Below, piece by piece: positions 9,930 to 19,681 of a stretch of 64,000 nt of DNA; position 1 is the first letter of the stretch; every line of letters begins with the position of its first letter. The stretch is from Blastocatellia bacterium (lineage in GTDB: Bacteria > Acidobacteriota > Blastocatellia > UBA7656), in assembly GCA_963765495.1 (NCBI GenBank), contig CAVXWP010000005.1:32001-96000 (forward strand). Direction: 5' to 3'. The translations under genes and the position numbers were made by a program. The notes beneath the pieces are model-generated. The model was not told the DNA's origin. It saw only the letters and a program-made list of their open reading frames with translations, and did no database searches.

Positions 9930-11714
9930 ATGAATTGCCCGAAATGCAATCAGGTCTTAGCCGAAAGCGCGCGCTTTTGCCCGCAATGCGGGATGTCAAC
10001 GACCGGCGGCCAGCCTTCCTCCGATACCTCTACACCCACGCAAATAGGGCCGTCGAGCGTTTACGGTGTGGATAAACACGCGTCATCCTCAGACCCGATG
10101 ATAGGACAGGTACTCGAAAACAAGTATGAGATCATCGCCCGTCTTGGCGAAGGCGGAATGGGCGCGGTCTATCGCGCTCGCCGTGTTCACATAGGCGATG
10201 AAGTGGCGGTCAAAGTACTTCACGAGCAGTACGTGTCGGAAGCGTCGGCCCTCGAAAGATTTCGCCGCGAAGCCCGCGCCGCCGCCATGCTTCAACATCC
10301 CAATATCGTTTCGATCTATGATTACGGCGAGGCGCAGAGCAAAGACGCGCCCGCCTTTATCGTGATGGAACTTGTCAAAGGGCGGTCGCTTCGCTCGATA
10401 CTTGAGCGCGAAGGCAAGCTCGCGCCCGCTCGCGCCGTGGCGCTTATGAGAGCCATCTGCGCGGGCGTAGGCGCGGCCCATCGCAGCAACATAGTGCACC
10501 GCGACATCAAACCCGACAACATCATAATTCGCCCGCCCGAGGCCGAGGGCGAAGACGAAATGGCGAAGGTGCTCGATTTTGGAATCGCAAAGCTGCGCGA
10601 TGTTAAAACGGATCAGCATCTGACTCAGACGGGCGCAGTAATAGGCACGCCCTATTACATGTCGCCCGAGCAATGCCGCGCAGAAGACCTGGATTCGCGC
10701 TCGGATGTTTACAGTCTGGGAGCCATGCTTTACGAGATGATTGCCGGAGCGCCTCCATTCTCGGCGGCGACCGTAACAGGAGTCGTGGCCAAGCATTTGA
10801 TGGACCCGCCGCCGCCGCTTGCGCCACAACTCGGGGTGCCGCCCGCGATTGAAGCCGCCATCATGCGAGCCCTCGCCAAAGATCCAAACGCCCGCCAATC
10901 GGATGCTTCCGTACTTGCGCGAGAGCTTCAAATCGCACTGGCCGACACGCGCCCCCCGGCTTTAGCCGCCACACAGGTCACGCATAAGCCTGCCGGGCAA
11001 ACGGGTGTTTCTACAGCTAACAATACGCCGACTCTTATTACGGCGTCCGCGCAACCGGCATACTACAGCACCGCGCAGCCTGCGCCACGCTCATCGCGCG
11101 CCGGGCTTTTTATTGGAGCGGCTATCGCGATACTGGTCTTATTGATCGGCGGGGGCGCGGCTTTCTGGTTTATAACGAAGAGCAACGGCGAAGACGCAAA
11201 CCGCAATATCGCCGGAACAAATCAGGTCACTCCGCCCGATCAAAATTCGCAGGCCTCATCGGGCACAGCGCCGGTTTACCCGACCCTTCCATCAGTGAAT
11301 AACAATGCGCCGATACCAAACAACAACGTGTCGGGCATCAATAAAAACTCGACGCCCGCTCCGACTCCCATACCACCCGTCAAGGCGGAAAATAAAGGGG
11401 ATGATAATATAGACGATTCGGCCGTGGACGATGAGACTCAACCGGGGCGGGGCGATCTGAAAAGGGCCGAAAGAAAAGTAGTCAGCGGCGAGCTTTTGGA
11501 TAGAAGCGATATTGCCGGATTTTCGGCGCTCAATCTCAAGATATTGCGTAATGCGATCTATGCCCGTCACGGACGGTCTTTTAATACACCCGCTCTGCAA
11601 CGTTATTTCAACAGACAACCCTGGTACAGACCGCGCCCGGATTATCGAGATTCAGATTTGACTTCGGCGGATCGGGCTAATTTAAGACTGATAATGGCCG
11701 CCGAAAGGTATTGA
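9930..11714 (+). CDS. Membrane Ser/Thr protein kinase with N-terminal zinc ribbon and C-terminal YARHG domain
   Basis: CPKC..CPQC; GEGGMG, VAVK, HRDIKPDN, DFG, GTPYYMSPEQ; TM helix; RNAIYARHG. Confidence 0.95.
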   Translation: MNCPKCNQVLAESARFCPQCGMSTTGGQPSSDTSTPTQIGPSSVYGVDKHASSSDPMIGQVLENKYEIIARLGEGGMGAVYRARRVHIGDEVAVKVLHEQYVSEASALERFRREARAAAMLQHPNIVSIYDYGEAQSKDAPAFIVMELVKGRSLRSILEREGKLAPARAVALMRAICAGVGAAHRSNIVHRDIKPDNIIIRPPEAEGEDEMAKVLDFGIAKLRDVKTDQHLTQTGAVIGTPYYMSPEQCRAEDLDSRSDVYSLGAMLYEMIAGAPPFSAATVTGVVAKHLMDPPPPLAPQLGVPPAIEAAIMRALAKDPNARQSDASVLARELQIALADTRPPALAATQVTHKPAGQTGVSTANNTPTLITASAQPAYYSTAQPAPRSSRAGLFIGAAIAILVLLIGGGAAFWFITKSNGEDANRNIAGTNQVTPPDQNSQASSGTAPVYPTLPSVNNNAPIPNNNVSGINKNSTPAPTPIPPVKAENKGDDNIDDSAVDDETQPGRGDLKRAERKVVSGELLDRSDIAGFSALNLKILRNAIYARHGRSFNTPALQRYFNRQPWYRPRPDYRDSDLTSADRANLRLIMAAERY

Positions 11715-11788
11715 AACAGGGAGGCCGCCAGTTACCCCCTGGAATACTTGAATCCCCACTGACGGCTCCCCTGCTGACTTGACTCGGA

Positions 11789-11929
11789 TCAAAGCAGCAC
11801 GATCAATAACACGATCAATAGAATCAATCCCAATCCGCCGCTCGGGTAATAGCCCCAGCTTCTGCTGTAAGGCCAAATAGGCGCGGCGAATAGAAGCAAT
11901 AAAACCAGCAATACAAGTAGAATTGACAT
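11789..11929 (-). CDS. DUF3309-family small membrane protein (46 aa; absent from the ORF track)
   Basis: Hand translation MSILLVLLVLLLLFAAPIWPYSRSWGYYPSGGLGLILLIVLLIVLL; WPxSRSWGYYPSGGLG is the family signature; GAGAGG RBS. Confidence 0.88.
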   Translation of the reverse strand: MSILLVLLVLLLLFAAPIWPYSRSWGYYPSGGLGLILLIVLLIVLL

Positions 11930-11982
11930 ATCCGTTTACCTCTCTCAAATAGTTTTGACGCACACACCAGTTCGCTGTATTC

Positions 11983-11997
11983 GCAAAGCCTGTGCCA
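11983..11997 (-). promoter_or_regulatory. sigma54 (-24/-12) promoter
   Basis: Minus strand reads TGGCAC-AGGCT-TTGC (consensus), ~54 nt upstream of the DUF3309 start. Confidence 0.85.
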
Positions 11998-12232
11998 GCA
12001 AGGATAACTACCAGGAGCCGTTTGAGTGGTGCCCTGTAAACCGGCGGGTGAGCCGATGCGGTTGAGGTTGATTAAAGCCTGTTCGGGCAGGGGTTTAAGT
12101 GTGGACCAAAGGCCCGGGTTATATGCTTTCTTCGATCTGCTCCAGGGTTGAAAATCAGGAATTTGAGCAAGCGATATAGTGTCTGGTGATTGACCAACCG
12201 CGATATGAAATCGTCTGTATCTAATACAGCAT

Positions 12233-12333
12233 TGATACGTGATTCGTGATTCGTGACTTTCAGGTAGTCCGCCTGTTTAAGACGATTTGCAAGCCAGCTT
12301 GCGTCACGAATCACGAATCACGTATCACGTATC
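12233..12333. repeat. Heptamer inverted-repeat element (GATTCGT/ACGAATC units)
   Basis: 25-bp arm 12233-12257 is the exact reverse complement of 12303-12327; 45-nt spacer. Confidence 0.92.
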
Positions 12334-12352
12334 GCGCACTACGCATCAGCCC

Positions 12353-14551
12353 CTATTTGCCTTCAAGCATTCGCGCGGCTTTATCAATCTCGGCCGCCAG
12401 CGCATTAAGGGCGGCGGTGGCATTTTTCATCTGAGGCTCAGCCTCATCCCAGTTTTTCTGCTCGAGGGCTTCGCGCACGCCGGGGATGGTCTTTACGCCG
12501 TAGCCGGTATAAAAGCCGGGCGCATAAAGCTGATGCTTGAACCAGGGACGGCGCGGCAGCCCCTGATCGTTTGTGAGTTGCCGTTCCGATTTGTAGAGCA
12601 ACTGATTTAGCGCGCTCATCTGTTTGACCTTCTCAAAATTCTTCTCGCTCGATTTGCCGAGGGCCTCTTCATATCTGCGCGCGCTTTCATCAAGCGCCCT
12701 GGCTGCCGACCTGAGCGGCGCAAGATCAATCGACTTCGGCGGTTTGCTCTTTGCCGCGAGCTTTTCTATCTCTTCGACATAGCCTTTAACCGTGTCTGAA
12801 AGATCGGTGAACTCGAAAGGCAGCACCTCGGCATCGGCCAGACGCATTATTACCGTGCCGTTAAACTGCGAAAGCGCGCGTCCGTACTCAAACGTCGAAT
12901 CCGAGAACTTCGTGTACCAGTAGAAAGAGTCATACACGGAATGATAGACCCCTCCGCCGCCCTCTCCGCCAAAGCCCGTGTTGAGCGCGGCTATTCCGAG
13001 GTGTTGAAGAAAGGGCGTGTAATCCGAACCCGACCCGAGCGCAGAGATGCGCACATCCTTGCGCTCGCGCACTTCTTTCTTGTCTTCGTCGGTTTTGGCC
13101 TGTTCGATCCGGCGCGCCTTGAGCGCGTCCAGAATAGATTTGTCTCCTTTAGGGTCCATCACATCGCGCGCCACTTCGTTGATGAAGTGTTCGAGCGTAT
13201 GCGATCCGCCCGCGCCGAGCCATCCTTTGCCCGTGCTGTCTGAGTTCAAATAGGCGACCGCTTTCTGCTTAAGTTCATCGGCGTGAGTCTCGACCCATTC
13301 GGTCGAGCCAAGCAAAGCGGGCTCCTCGCCGTCCCACGCGCAGAGTATGATAGTGCGTTTTGGCCGCCATCCCTTCTTGAGCAATTCGCCAAGCGCGCGG
13401 CCAGTTTCAAGCACCGTCACCATGCCGCTCGTAGGGTCGCTTGCTCCGTTCACCCACGCATCGTAGTGATTGCCCGAGATGACCCATTCATCGGGATACT
13501 GGCTTCCCTGAATGCGGGCGATCACATCATAAATGGTCTTTTGCGACCAGTCGAAGGCGAGTTTCAAATGCACGCGAGCCGGTCCCGGCCCTATGTGATA
13601 GGTGATGGGAAGCGCGCCGCGCCAGGATTCGGGCGCGACCGGCCCGCTCATCGCTTTAAGCAACGGCAGCGCATCGCCGTAAGAGATCGGCTGCACGGGT
13701 ATCTTCATTATCACATCGGCTTCTTCGCGGGCAATTCTTCGCGCGCCCTTCACCGCGCCCCAGCCTGGTGTAAGCGGGTCGCCCGGATGAATAGGCATGT
13801 CCATGACCGAGCCGCGCTGCACTCCCTGCTCCGGGCGGTAAGCCCCTTCGGGGAAAACATCTCCCTGAAAGTACCCGTCGTCGCGCGGATCGGAATAGAT
13901 CAAACAGCCGATAGCGCCGTGCTCGTAAGCCACCTTGGGCTTTATGCCTCGCCAGCTTCCACCATAACGAGCTATGACGATTTTGCCTTTGACATCGACG
14001 CCCATTTTTTCAAGCTCTTCGTAATCGGCAGGCACGCCGTAGTTGACATAAACGAGATGGCCCGTCACATCTCCGTCGGCTGAATAGGCATTATAGGTAG
14101 GCAGTTGATTGGCGTCGCCGGAATCGGGGTCTTCGGCAACCACAGGCTCTTTGAGTTGAGTCCGAAATCTTGTGGGTTCGATCATCTCAACCACGCGCTC
14201 TTTTGGCGTGGGAAACAATACCTGAAACTCTTCGATTTCGGCATCCAGCCCCCAGGAGCGGAAGTTGTTCAAAATCCATTCGGCGTTTTGCCTGTCATAA
14301 TCCGACCCTACGTGGTGAGGCTCGGCGGAAAGATGTTTCATGTATTCGCGCAGAAGTTGGGGCTCGGGAATGGCGCGCATCTGTTTTTCCCATTCCGCCT
14401 GAGCCTTCGCGCTCGAATCAGAGTATCCGCGAAGCGAGCGGTCGTTACTCTTCTCATTCGACTGGCCCTCAATCGCGGGAGCGAGACAATTGAAGGCGAT
14501 GATCAAAGACGCAACTATGCCGGTGATTTTTCTGCGTGCTTGACGGCTCAT
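12353..14551 (-). CDS. M28 glutamate carboxypeptidase II-like peptidase (PA domain, transferrin-receptor-like dimerisation domain)
   Basis: GNHYDAW, GASDP, WDGEE, GSGSDY, YHSVYD, RPWFKH..YAPG; start ATG 14551 with AGGAGG. Confidence 0.92.
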   Translation of the reverse strand: MSRQARRKITGIVASLIIAFNCLAPAIEGQSNEKSNDRSLRGYSDSSAKAQAEWEKQMRAIPEPQLLREYMKHLSAEPHHVGSDYDRQNAEWILNNFRSWGLDAEIEEFQVLFPTPKERVVEMIEPTRFRTQLKEPVVAEDPDSGDANQLPTYNAYSADGDVTGHLVYVNYGVPADYEELEKMGVDVKGKIVIARYGGSWRGIKPKVAYEHGAIGCLIYSDPRDDGYFQGDVFPEGAYRPEQGVQRGSVMDMPIHPGDPLTPGWGAVKGARRIAREEADVIMKIPVQPISYGDALPLLKAMSGPVAPESWRGALPITYHIGPGPARVHLKLAFDWSQKTIYDVIARIQGSQYPDEWVISGNHYDAWVNGASDPTSGMVTVLETGRALGELLKKGWRPKRTIILCAWDGEEPALLGSTEWVETHADELKQKAVAYLNSDSTGKGWLGAGGSHTLEHFINEVARDVMDPKGDKSILDALKARRIEQAKTDEDKKEVRERKDVRISALGSGSDYTPFLQHLGIAALNTGFGGEGGGGVYHSVYDSFYWYTKFSDSTFEYGRALSQFNGTVIMRLADAEVLPFEFTDLSDTVKGYVEEIEKLAAKSKPPKSIDLAPLRSAARALDESARRYEEALGKSSEKNFEKVKQMSALNQLLYKSERQLTNDQGLPRRPWFKHQLYAPGFYTGYGVKTIPGVREALEQKNWDEAEPQMKNATAALNALAAEIDKAARMLEGK

Positions 14552-14767
14552 AGATTTCCTCCTGAGTTGGACAAAAAGTATATCCATCGCCCGCCTCAAG
14601 GCGCAACGAGAACGGATAGAATCCGTAGCGGTACAGGCTAAATTCAACGAAAGGCATGTTGAAATAGGCGCTCTTGCCCTGTCACAAAGATGCTCATTTC
14701 GTTGACAGCGCAGGCGCGGCTATTGTTAAATAGATCGTTGATATTTTGATACGAGAGAGCAGCAGTA

Positions 14768-15145
14768 TTGAAAATACGCGGCAACGTTAAGGACAAAGAG
14801 AAGGCAGGCGGGAGTTTTAAGACCGTCGCGCTCCTTTGTATTATGCTGCACGCGCTGCTGGTTTGCATCACGCATCATCACGGCAATGTCAGAAGCAAAG
14901 CCGTAGACTCAACCATCTCGCTGAGCGCACACACAAGCGATCATTCTGATGACCCGACCGGAACAAACGGGGATGCAGACTGTATCTCTTGCCGACTGCA
15001 ACGCAATTTCATCTCTGATGACCAACCCGCCTCGATAACCATAGAACTAGCCCCACGGCCCATAATTTCGGATACCGTATTTTCTGAACCTCATTCTTAC
15101 GGGCCGTTGTTACTTCTCTCTGATCGAGCGCCCCCGCTCGTCTGA
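14768..15145 (+). CDS. DUF2946/CruR-like leader protein with HHH, CxxC and C-terminal RAPP motif
   Basis: Hydrophobic segment ending THHH, DCISC, terminal SDRAPPLV; directly upstream of a TonB-dependent receptor. Confidence 0.8.
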   Translation: MKIRGNVKDKEKAGGSFKTVALLCIMLHALLVCITHHHGNVRSKAVDSTISLSAHTSDHSDDPTGTNGDADCISCRLQRNFISDDQPASITIELAPRPIISDTVFSEPHSYGPLLLLSDRAPPLV

Positions 15146-15340
15146 ATTTCACTCGTTAGCTGTAATTACTCTTCCGCGCCAAAGGCAATGCTTGCCCGAT
15201 GACGCGCGGTGAAGTGCCGATGCCCGGATAAATTCGGGGAATCGGTTTACGGTCAGGCTGCATGCTCGGCTCCGGGTCGAGAAGGCATCAATCCTGGCCC
15301 GGGCAGCCGATTCAATAAACAGTGGAATCAGGAGAAGTAA

Positions 15341-17782
15341 ATGATCAGATCATTTCTAGCAATAGCTATTCTTTTAACTATAGTGGCAAACGGCTGCGCT
15401 TCGGCGCTGGCCGCGACCGAAGATAATAACGGGCAGGCTACTGTGGGCGTTGTGCAGGGCCGGGTCCTGGACTCTACGGGCGCAGCGCTTGCGGGCGCAA
15501 GCGTTGTGTTATTAAACTCCATCACCAACTATAAGGTGAGCACGCAGACTGATGAGACGGGCGCGTTCAAAATCCAGAATGTCCCGTTCAATACCTATAA
15601 GATTACGGTCACACTCGAAGGATTTCAGACGGCCGAACAGAATGTAGACATCCACTCGGCTGTGCCTGAGCAGGTAGGTTTTGAGCTGAACGTTGCGGAA
15701 TTGACCGAGCAGGTCAACGTAACGGCCAGCGACAATCATATGATAGAAGGTGATCGCTCAAGCGCCGACACCGATCTCAACACGCCGTTGTTACTTCAAC
15801 AAATGGGTTCTGCGCCGTCGCACGGTCTTCAGAAAATGGTTCAATCCGTGCAGGGTGTGGTTGCAGACGACAACGGGCGCATACACCCGCGCGGCTCGGA
15901 ATCGAATGTGCAAACCGTGATAAACGGCGTGCCGGTCACCGAGAATCTGTCCTCCATCTTCGCCACCTCGATTGATCCGCGCACGGCCTCTCACGTGGAA
16001 GTGATTACAGGCGGCATACCGGCCGAGTTCGGCGACAAGCTGGGCGCAGTCGTCAACGTAAATACAAGGTCCGGCCTGGATATGCCCATCTCGGGTGAGA
16101 TCACAGGCGATGTGGGAAGCTTTTCGACCGGGGACGGGGCGGCGAGCTTTGGCGGACATGTAAAACAGTTTGGCTGGTTCACGGCCTTTTCGGGATCGAC
16201 TACACATCGCTATCTCGACCCGCCCACGCTCGAAAATTTTCACAACACAGGGCGTTCGGCAAGCAATCTGACCACGTTCGATTATGACCCTACATCAAAC
16301 GATTTTCTTAAGTTGACACTTATTTTCGGAGGCGCAAACTTTCAGGTGCCGAATCGCCTGGATCAGGAAATAGCGGGCCAGGACCAGCGCCAGCTTCTGC
16401 GCAACTATTCGGAGTCATTTTCCTGGCAGCACCTCTTCTCACAAACCGTGGTCGGCAATTTCTCCTTCTTCAACCGCAACTCGACCGCAGAGTTGAGATC
16501 CAATCCATTGTCTACGCCGGTGGTCGCTTTTCAGGACCGCAAGCTGACCAATTACGGCGTCATCGGGTCAATCTCGTATGCCGGTCACGGGCACTCGATC
16601 AAGACGGGTATTCAATACACCCGGACGCCGGTGCGTGAAAACTTCAGCTTCTATCCGACAGACACAAGTTTTTTCGAACCCATCTTTGATGAGAACGGAA
16701 ACGAGTTCCCAAATCCTGTTTTGCAGTTTTCTGCCGCAAACCCGTTTGTCTTCCGCGATAATCGAACGGGGCGCATGTGGTCGGGGTTCGTACAGGACAG
16801 ATTCTCGCCGTTCAAGAATCTCACGCTCGATCTGGGCGTGCGCTTTGATGATTACAAGCTGCTTGTACACGAGCACGCATTCAGCCCTAGAATTGGCCTC
16901 GCCTATCTGATACCGAGCACCCGGACCGTGCTGCGCGTCTCCTACAACCGGCTGTTCCAGTCGCCACCGGCAGAAAACCTTCTGCTTGCCGGATCGATTG
17001 AAGCCGCGCGCCTGTCTCCGCTCGCGGTGACAAGCGGCGAAATCGGGGTCAAGCCTATACGGCCCGACACCGAGCATGTCTTCGAATTGGGAGTACAGCA
17101 GCAAGTGACAAAGTTCGCGCGGTTGAGCCTGTCGGCTTACAACAAGCAGATCAGAAATTTCTCAGACAAAGATCAGTTTTTCGACACCGGGATAATATTT
17201 CCGATCTCGATCTTCGCGGGCCGGGTGAATGGAGTGGAAGCCCGGCTCGATACGGCCGAGTGGCACGGGCTGTCGGGCTTTATCAGCTATGCCAACTCGC
17301 GCTCATTCGGCATTACCCCGATAAACGGCGGCCTGTTTTTGGGCGAGGCGGTCGATACGCTTGACAATCCCGGACTCCGTTTCCCAAATGATCACGATGA
17401 GCGCAATTCCGGCCAGTTCCAGGTGAGCTATAAAAACGAAACAACCGGCTGGTGGACATCCTTCGGCGGGCGTTACGATTCGGGTGTGCCGGTTGATGTA
17501 GAACCGGGCACGACTCTGGCCGAATTCGTCGGGCAGGGTTTCGACGCCCGTCTCTATAACGAAGTAGACTTCCAGCGCGGGCGCGTCAAGCCGCGTACGA
17601 TACTCAATTTTTCAACCGGCGTAGAGTTGTTTAGAAAAGAGCGAGTGCAGGTCTCTACGTCTCTGAATGTTGATAATCTCGCAAACACGCTGTTTCTGTA
17701 CAATTTTGAGAGCGTCTTTTCAGGCACGCACGTAGGCCCGCCGCGACTGGTAAGCGGGCGGTTGACGCTCAAATTCAATTAG
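15341..17782 (+). CDS. TonB-dependent receptor with N-terminal carboxypeptidase-regulatory-like domain
   Basis: Signal peptide, VQGRVLDSTGA, plug GGIPAEFG..VVNVNTRSG, LDLGVRFD, SPRIGLAY, C-terminal F. Confidence 0.92.
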   Translation: MIRSFLAIAILLTIVANGCASALAATEDNNGQATVGVVQGRVLDSTGAALAGASVVLLNSITNYKVSTQTDETGAFKIQNVPFNTYKITVTLEGFQTAEQNVDIHSAVPEQVGFELNVAELTEQVNVTASDNHMIEGDRSSADTDLNTPLLLQQMGSAPSHGLQKMVQSVQGVVADDNGRIHPRGSESNVQTVINGVPVTENLSSIFATSIDPRTASHVEVITGGIPAEFGDKLGAVVNVNTRSGLDMPISGEITGDVGSFSTGDGAASFGGHVKQFGWFTAFSGSTTHRYLDPPTLENFHNTGRSASNLTTFDYDPTSNDFLKLTLIFGGANFQVPNRLDQEIAGQDQRQLLRNYSESFSWQHLFSQTVVGNFSFFNRNSTAELRSNPLSTPVVAFQDRKLTNYGVIGSISYAGHGHSIKTGIQYTRTPVRENFSFYPTDTSFFEPIFDENGNEFPNPVLQFSAANPFVFRDNRTGRMWSGFVQDRFSPFKNLTLDLGVRFDDYKLLVHEHAFSPRIGLAYLIPSTRTVLRVSYNRLFQSPPAENLLLAGSIEAARLSPLAVTSGEIGVKPIRPDTEHVFELGVQQQVTKFARLSLSAYNKQIRNFSDKDQFFDTGIIFPISIFAGRVNGVEARLDTAEWHGLSGFISYANSRSFGITPINGGLFLGEAVDTLDNPGLRFPNDHDERNSGQFQVSYKNETTGWWTSFGGRYDSGVPVDVEPGTTLAEFVGQGFDARLYNEVDFQRGRVKPRTILNFSTGVELFRKERVQVSTSLNVDNLANTLFLYNFESVFSGTHVGPPRLVSGRLTLKFN

Positions 17783-17789
17783 GGAAGGG

Positions 17790-17833
17790 AGCTGAAATCT
17801 CGGATTTGAAATCTGAAATTTGAGATTTCAGCT
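17790..17833. repeat. Heptamer (TTTGAAA/TCTGAAA-type) hairpin element
   Basis: agctgaaatctc...gagatttcagct stem enclosing period-7 units, 7 nt after the receptor stop. Confidence 0.8.
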
Positions 17834-17870
17834 TACTGATTAAGAAGGAGCGGGTCTTTAAGGTCACGCA

Positions 17871-18749
17871 TCACTCAGTGACGGGCACCCATAGCAGGGC
17901 GCGCCGTATGGGCTGAACATTATTGTGCTGAAGCCCGATTTCGAAAGTGTCGTATTCGTTTGCAACAATCAGATATTCGCTATAGAGCGCGCGCAACGCC
18001 TCGCTTGCCTCCTGTTCGATGCGGTCGAGGTCTTCGCTGAGTTCCACTTCTTCAAAGTTGTAAGGCTCGGGTTCGGGTCGGGCTTTGGTCGTGCCAAAGA
18101 CCGATCCGGCCAGGGTCGAAAACATCGCGGCCAGTCGGTTCTCGCTCTCGAAAAAACGCAGGTTTTGCGAAAGCAATCTCTCACCCAAATCTTCCGCGCT
18201 CAACCCCCTTGCCGAATGCGCCTCGCGCACCTGCTCGAAATGAAGTTCGAATCGGGTTCGCAATCTTCTCAGTTCCGGCTCGACTCGCCCGAGCGCCGCC
18301 TCGGCCACCCGATCAAGAAAATGTTCGAGCCCGTCGCCGGGAGCGGAAAATAATCCGAATACGGGGTTGAAAAAGATGCGAAGCCGCTCGCTTCGCGCAA
18401 GCTTGTCGGTCAACTCATTTGCGTACTGCTGCAAGTCTTCAGCCGTAGCGGTGTAATTCCCCCGGTGGTAGACGAAATTCGAATTAGGCCATGTCACCAG
18501 TTGAGATGATTCATTAAAGATTGCCGCGGGCGTGTCCCAATCAATAGCCAGATCAGATTCGGGGAGCCACGCCGTATAGTTGCGCTCTTCCGAGTAGTTC
18601 AAACCGGCGCGCAAGCTGCGAAAATTTATCGTGCATTCGACCAGTACGGCTGGCTTATGCAGACGGGCGACTTCTATATCAGGGCCGGACCTGAACCAGT
18701 ATTCCGGCACTCCTTCTATCTCGAATTTCCTGGGAGTTTGGTCGGCCAT
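17871..18749 (-). CDS. Hypothetical protein, reminiscent of the C-terminal region of large HerA/FtsK-like ATPases
   Basis: Long ORF with coding-like composition; GLFSAPGD..F..R coiled segment and LLWVP end; family link is from recall only. Confidence 0.55.
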   Translation of the reverse strand: MADQTPRKFEIEGVPEYWFRSGPDIEVARLHKPAVLVECTINFRSLRAGLNYSEERNYTAWLPESDLAIDWDTPAAIFNESSQLVTWPNSNFVYHRGNYTATAEDLQQYANELTDKLARSERLRIFFNPVFGLFSAPGDGLEHFLDRVAEAALGRVEPELRRLRTRFELHFEQVREAHSARGLSAEDLGERLLSQNLRFFESENRLAAMFSTLAGSVFGTTKARPEPEPYNFEEVELSEDLDRIEQEASEALRALYSEYLIVANEYDTFEIGLQHNNVQPIRRALLWVPVTE

Positions 18750-18831
18750 AAGACGAACTGAGAAAGGCAATCTCTCTTTTCAGATAAAAGGATGCTAAAC
18801 ATAGACGAGCGCCGTCTGCCGCGGGGCCGTT

Positions 18832-19584
18832 TCAGGATTCTTGCGGCCCTGTGGCCGCCTCGGCCGATTCAGCCGTATCAGCGCGATAATAGAGAATCCG
18901 TCCGCAGCTTTCACAGGTAATCAAATCCTCACCCTTGCGAACATCGCTGAACACCTTTGGTCGGATCTTCATTCTGCACGCAGAACATATGCGATCATTG
19001 CGAACTTCGGCAAGCACCTGCCCCCGCTTGATCCGCGTCATGCGGTCATAGGTGGAGAACAAGGGCTTGGAGATCGTTTCTGCCAACTGCTTTCGGCGCT
19101 CGCCGAGCGCCACCAGTTGCCGCTCAGCCTCCTGGCGCTCGCCGTCAAGCCCAGCAAGTATTTGATCGACCTCTGTTCGCCTGCTTTCCACCTCGGGAGC
19201 GTCGGCAGTAATGCGGGCTTCGAGTTTTTCGATCTCCTCCATTCGCTTGAGAATCTCGGTTTCAAACCCGCCTATCTGTTTTTTTGTCGCGTCTATCTCG
19301 CGCAGGGCCGTGGCATATTCCTTCTGATTGCGCACGCGCATAAGGTCCTGCTTGTATTTTTCGTGGTGTTCTTGAGTGGTGGCGAGTTCGGATTCCAGGT
19401 TCTTGCGATCTGCGAGGGTTTGCTGGTATTCGCTCTTTAAGGCCAGAAACTCGGCCGCGCCTTGATCAAACTCGGTTTCTATTTGATCACGTTCTGCCGG
19501 TATTTTTTGAATCCGGTCGGCAAGACGTTGTATCTCAAGATCGAGTTCCTGTAGCTCAATGAGCTGACTCAATTCAGGACTCAC
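18832..19584 (-). CDS. Coiled-coil protein with C4-type zinc ribbon (DUF164/CT398-like)
   Basis: LIELQELD start, long coiled coil, CSAC...CESCGRILY; GTG start after GGAGG. Confidence 0.88.
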   Translation of the reverse strand: MSPELSQLIELQELDLEIQRLADRIQKIPAERDQIETEFDQGAAEFLALKSEYQQTLADRKNLESELATTQEHHEKYKQDLMRVRNQKEYATALREIDATKKQIGGFETEILKRMEEIEKLEARITADAPEVESRRTEVDQILAGLDGERQEAERQLVALGERRKQLAETISKPLFSTYDRMTRIKRGQVLAEVRNDRICSACRMKIRPKVFSDVRKGEDLITCESCGRILYYRADTAESAEAATGPQES

Positions 19585-19681
19585 ATGTACCCTCCAATCA
19601 TTCAAGCGGAAGTCTACTACATCGAATCGCGTTTCTCAAGCACGTCTCAATACAGATTAGTGAGCCACTTGTGAAATGCGA

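Noticed and set aside
11682-11963. 93-aa minus-strand ORF from the track
   Set aside because: The DUF3309 reading frame (11789-11929) with RBS and family signature explains the region better.
12072-12434. Short ORFs containing HESRIT/IRDS-type peptides
   Set aside because: Products of the GATTCGT heptamer arms; no RBS or family motif.
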